A stretch of 64,000 nucleotides of DNA from Octopus vulgaris (lineage: Eukaryota): contig OX597814.1 in assembly GCA_951406725.2 (NCBI GenBank), positions 23,994,001 to 24,058,000 of the forward strand, written 5' to 3'. Both the position numbers and the translations under genes were made by a program. Shown here piece by piece: positions 24,062 to 37,229 of this stretch. The notes under the pieces are model-generated. The model was not told the origin of the DNA, searched no databases, and saw only the letters and a list, made by a program, of their open reading frames with translations. The stretch's first letter is position 1; every line of letters starts with the position of its first letter.

Positions 24062-24233
24062 TACTCTGTCTACTATAGGCACAAGGCCTGAAATTTCAAG
24101 GGAGGGGGTAAGACGATTATATCAACTCCTGTGCATTACTTACTGTTTCTTATTTCATTAACCCTGAAAATTGAAAGGCAAAGTCAACCATAGTGAAATT
24201 TGAACTCAGAATGTAAAGGTGAATGGAATAATA

Positions 24234-24291
<58 letters not shown>

Positions 24292-24497
24292 ACTCTCTTT
24301 TACTCTTTTACTTGTTTCAGTCATTTGACTGCAGCCATGCTGGAGCACCGCCTTTAGTCGAGCAACTCGACCCCGGGACTTATTCTTTGTAAGCCAAGTA
24401 CTTATTCTATCGGTCTCTTTTGCTGAACCGCTAAGTGACGGGGACGTAAACACACCAGCATCGGTTCTCAATAATAATGATAAGAATAATAATAATG

Positions 24498-24531
<34 letters not shown>

Positions 24532-24716
24532 TGATGATGATGATGATGGTTTCAAACTTTGACAGAAAGCCAGCAATTTGATGGGAGAGGTAGGTCAATT
24601 ATATCGACCCCCAATGCTTGACTTGTACTTATTTTATCGACCTTGGAAAGATGAAAGGCAAAGTCAACCTTGGCAGAGTTTGAACTCAGAATGTAAAGAT
24701 ATATGAAATAATAATA

Positions 24717-24768
<52 letters not shown>

Positions 24769-24985
24769 TACCCCTTTCTACTATAGGTGCAAGGCTTGGA
24801 ATTTTCAGAAAGGGGATGGTTGATTGCATTGACCCTAATACTTCAGTGGTAGTTAATTTATTGACCCTGAAAGGATGAACGACAAAGTTGACCTCGGTGG
24901 AATTTGAACTCTGAACGTAGTGACAAGTAAAATACAGCTAAGCATTTTGTCCGACATGCTAATGATTCTGCCAGCTCACCGCCTT
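24062..24985 (-). mobile_element. Cluster of three family A SINE copies plus one family B tail, separated by (TAA)n/(GAT)n tracts
   Basis: A copies at about 24062-24230, 24545-24710 and 24770-24985. A young B tail at about 24290-24467. All are on the minus strand. Confidence 0.8.
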
Positions 24986-25011
24986 CATAATAATAATAAT
25001 AATAATAATAA

Positions 25012-25042
<31 letters not shown>

Positions 25043-25074
25043 AACAACAACAACAACAACAACAATAATAATAA

Positions 25075-25659
25075 ACAGACACGACAGATTTGGGACCTAT
25101 ATACGCTGGAAACTATGCCAATATTATGGAATAACAACAGAAAAAAGATTGTATAGGCACACACCAGAAAAGGTCACAGAAAACGAGAAAGCAACCATAC
25201 TCTGGGATATGCCAATACACACAGATAGAGAAATTAAGGCCAACAGACCAGATATAGTTGTCAGAGATCATGAAGAAAAAAATGTTTTCTAATTGATGTA
25301 TCAATACCAGCAGATGACAACGTGTCTCTTAAAGAAATGGAGAAACTTTCAAAATACAAAGACCTGGAAATAGAGGTAACCAGAATGTGGAATCTAAAAG
25401 CAGAAACAATTCCTATCATAATAGGTGCATTAGGCATGATTAAAAAATATTCAGACAAATACATAACAAAAACACCAGGACTTACAAACACATATAACAT
25501 ACAGAAAATTGCACTACTAGGCACTGCACACATCCTATGCAGAACACTTTCCATACAATAACCATCAGAGCATCACAACAAATCACAGCACATACCCAAG
25601 GCACACAGAGCTGCGCTCAGTAGTGAAGTGAAAGCACGATATAAAAAAAATACTACTGA
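25075..25659 (+). mobile_element. R4/Dong-like non-LTR retrotransposon 3' end (restriction-like endonuclease domain), 5'-truncated
   Basis: RHDRFGTYIRWKLC...ILWDMPIHTDREIKANRPDIVV / CFLIDVSIPADDNVSLKEMEKLSKYKDL..IPIIIGALG, which carries the RHD and PD..D..K..KY RLE motifs. One frameshift. Flanked by (TAA)n. Confidence 0.9.
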
Positions 25660-25686
25660 ATAATAATAACAAACAATAACAACAAC

Positions 25687-25731
<45 letters not shown>

Positions 25732-25735
<4 letters not shown>

Positions 25736-26075
25736 GTGGCATCTCAAGGCGACTACAGTACCAGTGATTGTAGGATCTCTTGGAATGATAAAAAGAGGTA
25801 CTGAAACCTATTTGAAAATGATACCAGGCTTACCATCCCTACAGGAAGTGCAAAAATTCATGTTAACTGGAATGACCCATGTACTTAGAAGAGCATTATC
25901 GCTGTGAAAACAACATCCATTCATGAATTTATTTATTTATTAATTTTTAAATACACATTTTATCTGTGAATTTGCGCGTGTAATCTGGGAATGTGTACAA
26001 TGAGCTTCTCTGCCCTAGGTCTACGGAAAACACTCGGCGAGAAATGGTGGAAAATTTGAAAAAAGAAGGGAAAAA
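25732..26075 (+). mobile_element. Second R4/Dong-like RLE LINE 3' end (different family)
   Basis: MWHLKATTVPVIVGSLGMIKRGTETYLKMIPGLPSLQEVQKFMLTGMTHVLRRALSL* plus a distinct 3' UTR. Flanked by (TAA)n. Confidence 0.8.
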
Positions 26076-26721
26076 AAATAATGATAATAACAACAACAAC
26101 AACAACATAGTGGCCTTGTAATTATATGAATGCATTAATAGATTTTACTAACTAAATATGTTCTAATTTTATGCAATGTCCTTCCAGTTTTAGTATAACA
26201 TCAGGAACAGATATTTTGTGGAGAATGTTCACTGTGAATGGTGTCCTATGTGTAAAGTAAGATTTTATGGTCAACATTTGTTTTGTAGGATGCATTTTTT
26301 TAAATAAGACTTTTCTATGACAACATTCTCTGGGCTGCTCATAAATTTGAGAATTTTATTTGAATCCCTCTGTTCGGTGTTAATGCTCTCTCTATTTCAA
26401 ATGACATCAATACTGTTCATCAATCTATTCTCCCAGGTCAACTAAATAAATCCATTTATCATTTTAAGGTTTATTGCTTCGCTGTAGACTTTACCCCTGC
26501 AGATTTGGTTTCTGTGTGTATTGTGTGTATGTATGTATGCACATATATATATATATGTGTGTGAGTATATCAGATAGCTAGAGACATATGGACTTCCCAA
26601 TATTCATACATCTTCATTTAGACAAGGCATTTATTTAACTACATCTAAATAAAAATGTTTAGGAATTTTTCTCTTTGTGTGTGTGTATGTGTATGTGTGC
26701 ATGTGTGTGTGTGTGTGTGTC

Positions 26722-26752
<31 letters not shown>

Positions 26753-26769
26753 ACATGCACATGCACTGG

Positions 26770-26967
26770 CACAAGGTATATGCATGATTATGTGGTTAAG
26801 AAACTTGCTTTGCAACAACATGGCTTCAGTTTCAGTTTCAGTCCCACTGCATCACATCTTAGGCAAGTATCTTCGGCTATAGCCCTGGGCTAATCAATGC
26901 CTTGTGAATAAATATGGTGAACAGAAACTTGGTGGCAGTCCATTATATGCGTGTATGTGTGTATATG

Positions 26968-27003
<36 letters not shown>

Positions 27004-27290
27004 CACACATAAATGTCAAATGATGAAAATGAGTGCTCAACACCTCATTGGTGGATATATATATATATACTTGCATATATACTCACATGCGTGCATGTGT
27101 GTGTGTCTTTGTGTTTGAGTTTGTCAATATAACCTGGTGGTTTCAGCAAAAGAGTCCAATAGAATAAGTACTAGACTTTAAAAAAGAATATAAGCTCTAG
27201 GGTCAATTTTTTCGATTAAAAACCCTTCAAAGTGGTACCCCAGTGTGGCTGCAGTGCAGACTGAAACATGTAAAAGATGAAAGATAAAAG
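26770..27290 (+). mobile_element. Family B SINE, decayed
   Basis: Head tgtggttaagaaacttgc..gtcccactgc..cttaggcaagtatcttc, internal (TA)n, and tail gaataagtact..ctgaaac. Confidence 0.65.
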
Positions 27291-27589
27291 ATATATGTGT
27301 AAGTGCTTTGATTAAGCTAAACAAATGTTTGCACAGTGAGATTGTATGTTTGCAGTAAGCTTTTTTAGCTTCTTTAAAACATTAGAAAATATAAAATTCA
27401 AATAATAAATTTAGAACAAAAACAACCAAAAGCAAAATTTCTGAGAATTCAAATGATTTGCATTGATCTGCTGCAACTATATTTTACTTGCAACAGTTTC
27501 AGTTTACAATATGGCTACAGTGGCATTGAGGAGAATGCTTTCCAGTTTAGTTTGATTAATTAAGTAACTGGTATAGTTAGGACATTGTA

Positions 27590-28095
27590 TTGTATTCCGC
27601 ATCTCATCAACAATCCTTGATGTATTTGCAACATCCTCTGATGCCTTCATATTCTTAATTGCCTCACTAACCACATTCATTGAAATCTCTCTCTACAACA
27701 GGTGTCTATTGCTCTTATTCATATTCTTATTCAGCAAAGCTTCATAATGAAGAAACTAATTATACCTGATTGCGGGTCTAATAAACTCTCCAATTTCTAC
27801 TTCTAACACATCAAAGATGTAATGGACAGTCATAAAGAAGCACATTCAGTGTGCTTCTCTTCTCATTGACAATTAGCACAAATTCTGTAGAGACAGAAAC
27901 CATTGCTGTTAATTCTAACCACACACTCTAACCAATCCTGTGCAGATAATATGGCATTTCATTTTATTTAATCTTCTTCGCACAAAGGTATCCATACACA
28001 ATCTAAATACAACTCACCAGACATGTATTGTTTCCAGGAATAGAGGCCTTGAAACCATTCTTTGAAAACAAGTCTACCCTGTCTCATTCAACTGG
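27590..28095 (-). mobile_element. Decayed RTE LINE fragment
   Basis: Minus strand HYEALLNK...ISMNVVSEAIKNMKA..TSRIVDEM resembles the RTE pre-RT HY..LLN / V..AIK.MK.GKA.G..IVAEM motif. Confidence 0.5.
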
Positions 28096-28304
28096 AAAAA
28101 GTCACAATGACTCACACTGACTCAAGAAGAATGTTTTACACTACACCCTAAAAGGTCACAGCTAAAACTCTGAAGCCCACAATTTTTGGGCATTTTCGAT
28201 AGTAATATATAATATTATTAAAAATGCTTCCACTTTATAGCCAAAATTATATGTTGCTGATTCTTTATAAAACTTGAGCTTGACTTATGTTAGAGTATTT
28301 CTCA

Positions 28305-28715
28305 CAGGTGCAGGAGTGGCTGTGTGGTAAGTAGCTTGCTTACCAACCATATGGTTCCGGGTTCACTCCCACTGCTTGGCACCTTGGGCAAGTGTCTTCT
28401 ACTAAAGCCTCGGGCTGACCAAAGCCTTGTGAGTGGATTTGGTAGGTGGAAACTGAAAGAAGCCCGTCGTATACATGTATATAAATATATATGTATATGT
28501 GTGTATATGTTTGTGTGTCTGTGTTTGTCTCCCCTGCATCGCTTGACAACTGATGGTGGTGTGTTTACGTCCCCATAAATTAGTGGTTTGACAAAAGAGA
28601 CCAATAGAATAAGTACTAGGCTTCCATAAGTCCTGGGGTTGATTTGCTCGATTAAAGGTGGTGCTCCAGCATGGCCGCAGTCAAATGACTGAAACAAATA
28701 TAAAAAGTAAAAGAG
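28305..28715 (+). mobile_element. Family B SINE, near full length
   Basis: caggtgcaggagtggctgtgtggtaag (A box), gggttcactccc (B box), CORE-like caccttgggcaagtgtctt, internal (TA/TG)n, and tail ...gactgaaacaa..aaaagagta. Confidence 0.9.
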
Positions 28716-28889
28716 TATATCAACAATAGCACAAGTGTTGCAGATTGGTATTGTGAGCCATAACCAGAAGAAAGCCATTTGACATTTTGCCAGGAGCTTC
28801 CTTCCAATATGAAAGATAAAGAATTTAAACATCACATTTGTGATGTTTAAACACATTACCTCTACTGCTATTGCAGTAGCTTCTGTTTC

Positions 28890-29110
28890 TTATTTCTTCA
28901 TTGCCCACAAGGGGCTAAACATAGAAGAGACAAACAAGGAAAGACAAAGGGATTAAGTCAATTACATTGACCCCAGTGCGTAATTGGTACTTAATTTATT
29001 GACCCCAAAGGGATGAATGCAAAATTGACTTTGGTGGAATATAAAGACAGACGAAATACTGCTGAGTATTTTGCCCGGCATGCTAAAGTTTCTGCCAGCT
29101 CGCTGCCTTA
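28890..29110 (-). mobile_element. Family A SINE
   Basis: Reverse-complement copy. Flanking direct repeat gcag(t/c)agcttctgtttct at about 28874-28890 and 29119-29136. Confidence 0.8.
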
Positions 29111-30316
29111 TAAGAGAAGCAGCAGCTTCTGTTTCTGTAAATATGTAATCTTCATGCCTCTTTGATCCAAGCTCACTTAAAAAAGATGACATGTTAAATC
29201 TGTTATTGTATTTGTGGGTGAAAATCAAGTAAGTATATTTTAGATACAATTAAAACATATCTTACAGCAAACACAAAAACAAAAAAGAAATGACAAAATA
29301 TTGGCTCGATAAATCTTTTTATTTACATGTAGCTTTCTGATCATTCATCTGGATATCTTCAAGTGATTTTTATGTCCAGTTCTGTGCTGAAAATTGAAAC
29401 TGGATCTTCTGTTTCTGACTCTGCTACTCTACCACTTACTTGTTCTCTGAAAAGCAGTGATCTGTAATATATACAGATGTTCCATTTCCAGACTTGAATC
29501 TAGCATTGTATTTGATAATTAAGAAAAGGCAAGTGAAGCATAACATAACAATAGTGAACATTCAAGAAAAGTTGGCTGTTATTGATGGAAATAAATATAA
29601 CCCAGTTCAAAATATAAACAATCATGTAGCTTACTGTTTAACTTATAAAATTTCACTGTAAAATTTATAAGAGACCACATCGTTATTTTCCTTGTCTTTT
29701 TTCCAGGTGAATTTCAATTTATATGATTATAAAATATATAATTTTATATTTGTTGAATAAATAGAATTTATCTTTGTTTCATTTTTTCCTGATATATGAG
29801 ATTTCGTTTTTGGATTTGGTTTGCAAGATTCTTTATTTGAGTTCGTGTGTTGAAGCATATTCTGTTGTGTCTGGGGAGAATCATTTTCTTTTTGTGCCTT
29901 ATAATGTAACACACTCACCAGTAAAATTTCCAGTTATTTCTTATTTTTATTTTCCTAAAATTTTTGATGCATCTTGCAATCTTTTCAGAGACAACTCTTC
30001 CTCTGGTTACTCAATTGGAGAAGTAACTGAATCTCAAGTTTGCAAACTTTTCTATTAAACATTGAATTATATTGTCCTGTAATATCTACTTTGAAATAAA
30101 TGGGTTGAGTTGTCTTGATTTTGGTTACTATGCAATCTGTCTACGTCAAAGAAGCATAAATCCAAATCAACTCTTTGATACCTGAATCCAAGCCAAAATT
30201 CATTTATAGGAATATATTCTTGTGTAATTAAAAATTTATCAATAGCCAAAATAGTACAACGCGAAGGAAAATGACTAATGACTGAAAAGAAAAATAGAAT
30301 AATTTTATACATGCAA

Positions 30317-30734
30317 AGAGCACCATCCGAGTGTGATCATTACCAGAGCAGCTAACTGGCTTCCATGCGGGTGGCATGTAAAAAGCACCATTCGAGCATG
30401 ATTGTTAACAGTGTCGTCTTACTAGCACTTGTGCCAGCGGCGCATGAAAAAACATTAAAGCAAGGTCATTGCCAGTGCTGCTGGACTGGCTCCTGTGCAG
30501 GTGGCATGCAAAAAACATCATTTGAGCGTAGCTGTTGCCAGTACCTCCTGAGTGGCCCTCGTGCCAGTGGAATGTAAAAGCACCCACTACACTCTCAGGG
30601 TGGTTGGTGTTAGGAAGGGCATCCCGCTGTAGAAACTCTGCCAGATCTGATTGGAGCCAGGTGCAGCCATCTGGTTCGCCAGTCCTCAGTCAAATCGTCC
30701 AACCCATGCTAGCATGGAAAGCGGACGTTAAACA

Positions 30735-30774
<40 letters not shown>
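30317..30774 (+). mobile_element. Family D RTE 3' UTR with tandem palindromic units
   Basis: Four gtgcc.gtggca.gtaaaa-type units, the conserved tail and (GAT)n. Confidence 0.85.
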
Positions 30775-31257
30775 CAGGCATGATTGTTCAGTAAGAAGTT
30801 TGCTTCTCAACCACATGGCTCTGGGTTCAGTTTCACTGTAGAGTACCTTGGACAAGAGTATTCTACTATGGCCCTAGGCCAATTAAATCTTTGTGAGTGG
30901 ATCTGATAAACAGAAACTGAAATAATTTTGTTGTATGTGTGAGTGTGTGAGTCTGTGTAAACCTTGCCAAATCAGATTGGGGCCTGGTGCAGCCTCCTGG
31001 CTTACCAGTTCTCAGTTAAACCCGTGTGTGTGTTTGCATCATTGTGTCTGTATTGTTTCCCCACTCACCACTCAACAGTTTTTGTTGGTGTGTTTATGAC
31101 CCCATAACTTAGCAGTCTGGTAAAAGTGACTGTCAGAACAAGTACCAGTCTTAAAATAGAAGCATGTTCTGGGGTTGAATTGTTTGACTAAAATTCTTCA
31201 TGGCCTCAGTCTAATGAGTGAATGAGCATAACAAGTAAAAGGTAAAAGATACGTACA

Positions 31258-31447
31258 TCTCATCATCATCATCCTCATTGTCATCATTGTTATTTAATAT
31301 CTGCTTTTCATGCTGGCATGTGTTGGACGGTTTGACCGAGAACTGGCAAGCTGGGAGACCTGCACCAGGCCCCAATCTGATACGGCAAGGTTTCTACAGC
31401 TTGATGCCCTTCCTAATGCCAACCACTCCAAGAGTGTGGTGGGGGCT
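31258..31447 (-). mobile_element. Family D tail, inverted relative to 30317-30774
   Basis: (CAT)n followed by catgctggcatg..ttctacagcttgatgcccttcctaatgccaaccactcc. Confidence 0.75.
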
Positions 31448-32614
31448 TTAATGGTTAGTCAGAGGGTGAAGAACAACATTATAACCCATTATAGGCTTTT
31501 GGCACTGGTTGGAGGAATGAATGAAATTATCATCAAACTGGAGACCTAGCATGAATGCTTGCAACAGAGTGGTCTTCTTTTAAGACATCTAAGGTACTAG
31601 GTAGTGGTGTTAAGACAAGTATTGAACTGAGTCTACAACCCTAGAAGTCACAACACAAAGAGCTAGAACAAATATCACATCTTTTGGGATATTCTTATAA
31701 CTCTGTCAATCTGCCCTGACTGGCGCTATATTTTACCAAGAAGAAGCAAAGTTGGCCTAGGTGAAATTGGAACTATGAGCACAAAGAGCTGGAACAAATA
31801 CCATAAGGCATTTTCTCCTATGCATTAACAACTCCAGCAATTTTCTGTTGAATTTACTGGTCAGTGTTTTTAGTTCAAGTACTTTTACTGTTTTCAAAAT
31901 ATCTCCAAAAATTTTTTAAAAGTATTGCCATTATGATTCAATCAGTTCTATCTTAATCGATTTTTCCTTTCATTTGTTGTTGACATGTGAAAGAAGAAGT
32001 ATAATCAGTTGTTTGTTCTTCTGCAATTAATCTATACACCTTTGATCTTCTTTACTCCGTTTCAATTACTCTGATCACCTAAGAATTCTTTTTCTTGTCT
32101 GAGAATGATAAGATTTTGATCTAAATGCTAAAATTATAAACATCAGTGACTGTGTGCTATATATGTGATTAGTAGTACAATTAATGTTTAGATCTTAAGA
32201 AAGTGAGTAATTTCATTGAAAGGAAATCTTTATTATTAATTGCTTAGTCATGGGCAGAAAGATAGTGCTTATGATATTTTTCAGGGCCTGAGACTACTAA
32301 GTGAAAAGGTGGAAGATATTTTCAGATTTGAAACCTCGCCTGAATACTTGTAACAAAGTGGAGTCTACTAAAGATTCTCAAAGACCAGGTGGTGGTTTTA
32401 AACATAATGGTTTACATTTACTATTCAAAAACAGGAAGCTATTTTCCTGGTGGGTTCTTACACTACTTCAATTCATCAGCTTTCATTTACAAGGCTTTAT
32501 TCAACTTGAGCTTATAGTAGAAGACACTTGCTTAAAGTTCCATACAGTGTGATTAAACCTAAAGCTGGGCACTTGCAAAGCAAACTTCTTTACCATACAG
32601 ATATATTCAGTCAT

Positions 32615-32866
32615 GTGGAGGCACGTGGCTTAGTGGTTAGGGTGTTAGCATCATGATCGTAAGATTGTGGTTTTGATTACTGAACCAGGTGACCCATTGT
32701 ATTCTTGAGAAAAACACTTCATTTCATGTTGCTCCAGTCCACTCAGCCAGCAAAAATGAGTAATGTTGTGATGGACTGGTGTCCAGCTGGGGAACACATA
32801 CACCATAGAAACTGCGAAACCGGACCCAAGAGTCTGGCTAGGATTTAAAAGGGCACATTTATTTTT
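32615..32866 (+). mobile_element. Family C SINE
   Basis: Head ggaggcacgtggcttagtggttagggtg. Direct repeat tattcagtcat on both sides. Confidence 0.85.
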
Positions 32867-33856
32867 TATTCAGTCATAAAGGAAATGGCAGTGCCAAAGA
32901 CTTTTGTAGGGTCGCTGAGAATGGTGTAGGAAAGAGAGTTAGAAAACTGATGGGATATTGCAGTAAGAATCAGTGAAATGTAATACTGTCTTTATATCTG
33001 ATTTTAAATAGTGACATTGTTCATTGGATCAAATATCTCCAAATTGATTCAGCTGATGCAAGCTACATTTTGTATAATATTGATTTCAAATTTTAGCACA
33101 AGGCCAGAAATTACTGGGGAGGGGGTAAATCAATTACATTAATCCTAGTCTTCAACTGGTACTTATTTTATCAACCTTCAAAAGAATGAATGGCAAAGTC
33201 AACCTCAGTGGAATATGAAGATGGATGAAATGCTAAGCATTTTACTCAGTGTGTTACCAATTCTGCCAACTGGCCACCTTACATATTGTATCATATTCTT
33301 AAAATGTCAAAGACATCGATAATCAAGAAGGCAGCTTTGTAAAATAGAGACTAAATTTGGTAGTACTAAATCAAAAATGGTTAAATAAACTTTTCAATGA
33401 TTGGGTGTTGTTTAAGCCATGAAAAATTATAATGGTGATTACTTAAATTATTATAAATGGGAAATTAATATACATCTGGAAGCTATTCTTGCTCAAAATA
33501 AAGGGCTTTGCTTGAATTACTGCCACTGAAAAAAAAAGGCAATTAACTTAATCAAATTTATAGAATGAAGGTAATCAATAAAGTTTTAGGAGGCATTCCT
33601 AATAGATGTATTATGGCATGAGGACACAGAGCTCATTATCACTTAACCAAGTTGTGAGGAATGCAATGTCCTATGTCAAATGAATCGTACTTGTGTTCAG
33701 AGGTTAAAAAGGATATCATTTCTTTATTGTTGATTTTTTTATGTAGAGAGGACTTTCTTTATAGAATATCTTCCAACCATTAAATAAGGCACGTTTTGAA
33801 AATGCAGATTCTGGTATCTTGATTTCAGATATAACACTTAATAATAATAATAATAA

Positions 33857-34300
33857 TTGATTCAGTATGACCATCAGATTAGAGATTGGAAACCGGACAT
33901 AGTTGTAGTGAACAGAAAAGATAAAACTTGCCTGATAATTGACATAGCATGTCCTGGTGACAACAGGAGGAAAGAAGAAGAGGAAGAAAAAGCTAACAAC
34001 TATAAGGAATTAAAGTGGGAAATACGCAGGTTGTGGGCAATTAAGAGAGTGGGTGTGATATCAAAAGGGATTGGCATACCTGGACGTATTGGCCCTCAAC
34101 TACCAACGTGGCTCAGAAAGGTTGGTACAAATGTAAAAATAGAACACCTACAAAAATTAGCATTGCTTGGAACTGTAAGAGTTCTCCACTGGGTTCTTGA
34201 AGCATGATCAGTAAACAAGTTCCACCTTAATCTGCTGGCTGTGGACAGCTGACTCTTTCCATCCTACCCAGTAAAATAAGCTGGGAGTTTTCATCAAAGT
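33857..34300 (+). mobile_element. Third R4/Dong-like RLE LINE 3' end
   Basis: ORF 33857-34207, DHQIRDWKPDIVVVNRKDKTCLIIDIACPGD...EKANNYKELKWEIRRLW...LQKLALLGT, is a PD-(D/E)xK RLE domain. It starts and ends in (TAA)n. Confidence 0.85.
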
Positions 34301-34324
34301 AATAGCAATAATAATAATGATAAT

Positions 34325-34670
34325 AATCCGTTATACTTTAGGCACAAGGCCTAGAATTTGTAGGGATGGGGATAGTCGATTGCATCAACCCCAGTGTTTC
34401 ACTGGTACTTAATTTATTGACCCTGAAAGGGATGAAAGGCAAAGTCGACCTTGGCAGAATTTGAACTCAGAATGTAGCAACAGACAAAATACTGCAAAGC
34501 ATTTTACTCAGCATGCTAACAATTCTACCAGCTTACTGCCTTGATAATAATGATAATAATAACTAAAAATATGGTAGCCTATTCACAATACCGACTTGAA
34601 CTTCTTTCTTGTCTCTTGAGGACTCTGGGTGAGACTCGGGGTCAACTTGTACAAATACAAAACTAAAGTC

Positions 34671-34717
<47 letters not shown>

Positions 34718-34942
34718 TAATAATAATCCTTTCTACTATAGGCACAAGGCTTCAAATTTTGGGGGAGGTAGCCAATCGATTATATCAACCCCTGTATGTA
34801 AATTGGTACTTAATTTATCAACCCTGAAAGGATGAAAAGCAAAGTCAACCTTGGCAGAATTTGAATTTAGAACGTAGGGACAGGTGAAATGCTGCTAAAC
34901 ATTTTTCCTGGCATGCTATCAATTCTGCCAGCTCACCGCCTT
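34325..34942 (-). mobile_element. Two family A SINE copies in (TAA)n, flanking a short + strand LINE-tail-like insert at about 34563-34670
   Basis: Reverse-complement A copies at about 34325-34542 and 34727-34942. Confidence 0.8.
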
Positions 34943-37229
34943 AAATAATAACAACGATGATGATGATGATGATGATGACGATGATGATGACGATGACGAC
35001 GACGACGATGACGACGACCTTTTCTGTCATCCGTTAGTTTAATTTTGCTCTTATATCCTTAAATGATAAAATTTTTCATATTATACTGCTGATAAAATTA
35101 TGTTGATGTCCCTTCTGGTGTATAAAGTTTAGAATATCAGTTTTACAGGAGACATGAAAAGCAAGTGCTTAAATTTTCATTTTTTCAATATTAATAATGT
35201 CCTTAATGTTCATTTATCATATTTTCCGTTACACAAATTCGTTCCTTCTTGTGTAATCAAGCTAAAGAGGAAGCGACTATACAGTTGGTCAAACACCTTA
35301 TGAAATACGCATCTAGTGCATATATGCCTGTAGATATTCCTATTATGTACATAAAATTGATTCACACATACTTCAAACTGATCTCAGTCTCCAAGAATTT
35401 ATCATACATTACAGAATATTTGCTATGCTAATGTCAAAATACAAATTTTTGAGAACTATGTAACCAGCTTTCACTCCTCCCATAATCATGGTAACTGGTG
35501 TATACTGAATTATACAAGGTTCATTGGAATATGTAGAACCTAACAAATTTCCACATACTTTTTCATAATACACTTGTATCTCTTAAGTAGGCTCTTAAAC
35601 AAACTTATATAAACTTAACGCATTCTTACACTATAACATATTAGCCCTTCATATACACTCACTGAAACACACTAGCACATCATTCCCATTGAATATATTT
35701 GCAGGAATCCTTATGTTTGTTACATTACTACATCCTTTACCTCTTTGTTAGCTTAATCAGATTTTGAAAAGTATTCTTTCCAAAGAAGAAAGTAATTGTA
35801 AACTACTAGGCTAACTTGTCAAGCATGTTAATGTCTGTCATCTAACAGGCTTGGGTGATGGTGGCAAGTGTGATAATAGCGGATAGAAAATGCTGTTAAT
35901 GAACCTCCTCCTTGTTTCTCATCTTCAGTTCTCAATCCCTCCTTCGACAGTGTTCATCACATCTCTTTTCCTATGTACAAGTCATATTTTTGTTTGCTGG
36001 TTCACTCTAATTAAGTAGATCCTTAATTGGGACTTGGTTGAGAGCATCCTCACTGATGTCAGCCAATCAGTGTTGACAGGAAGAAAAGAAACAGCTTAAG
36101 AAAGGTTAAAGAAAGAAAAAGAATTACAAAAGAAAATAAAATAAGGGAGAAATGACAACTGGATAGGAATTAGAACGTTAGAAAGTGAAGTCTGCTGTGT
36201 TGTGATTGAAGTGTAAAGAGAAAGTGAAAGACAAAATATAGGATTGAAAGAAAAATCATTAGACAGAGATGCAATAATTTGTATGAAAGTAATGACTTGA
36301 CATTAGTTGCATAAACTATGGAAAGAAACAATGTAGAGAAAGTAACATTGAAGAGAAATTCTTGTCTAGCAAAGGGAACACACTGGAATTCTTTCTACAT
36401 TTTGATATCCAGTCATGTGTAATGAAGCCCTTCTGAGCAAATTAAGTTTCATCACAATGGCTTTAGTCTTAACTCTTCTAGTAGTAAATCCTTATTATCT
36501 ACTCTATTATTAAATCACTACGTTTTAATTTTCCCATTGTCTGTTGGCCAAAAATTTTGCTGAATTTAATCATTCAAATGTAACATTATTTTTTGTATTT
36601 CTCTCCTAAACTAATCTGAACTGTAATTGGTTATCAAGTTTGTAAGAAAATTCCTTTCTTGTATATGGATAGCTCTGTCATTATATTAATTTATTCTATG
36701 CAATTATAAAGATATATTTTCTAAAATTTGTTGTGACATGTTATGCTGCAGTTTTTATTGCATAAATTTGAACTGGTTTATATGAAAAGGTTTATTAGCA
36801 CATTAAACTTAATTTACAAAAAAAAAAACAACAACAAAAGAAAATTATAGAAAAACAAAACATAATGACGCATATTGAATGCATTTGCTTTGTTAGTCAA
36901 CAATTTAATTTGTGTATAAAGGACTCGCTTCAGTATTCCAACAGCTTTATTTTGTGGTTTAAGTGTACATGTACTTACATACACACATATGTATGCATGT
37001 AAGTATGCATGTATGTACGTATGTATGTATGTATGTATGCATGTATGCATGCATGTATGTATGCATGTACGTATGTATGTACGTACACACATATATGTAT
37101 GTATATACTTACATACACACATATGTATGTATGTACTTACATACACACATTTGTTTGTATGTATGTACGTACATACGTATATACATACATACATTCAATA
37201 CACTTATAATGATATATTTCTAAATAATG

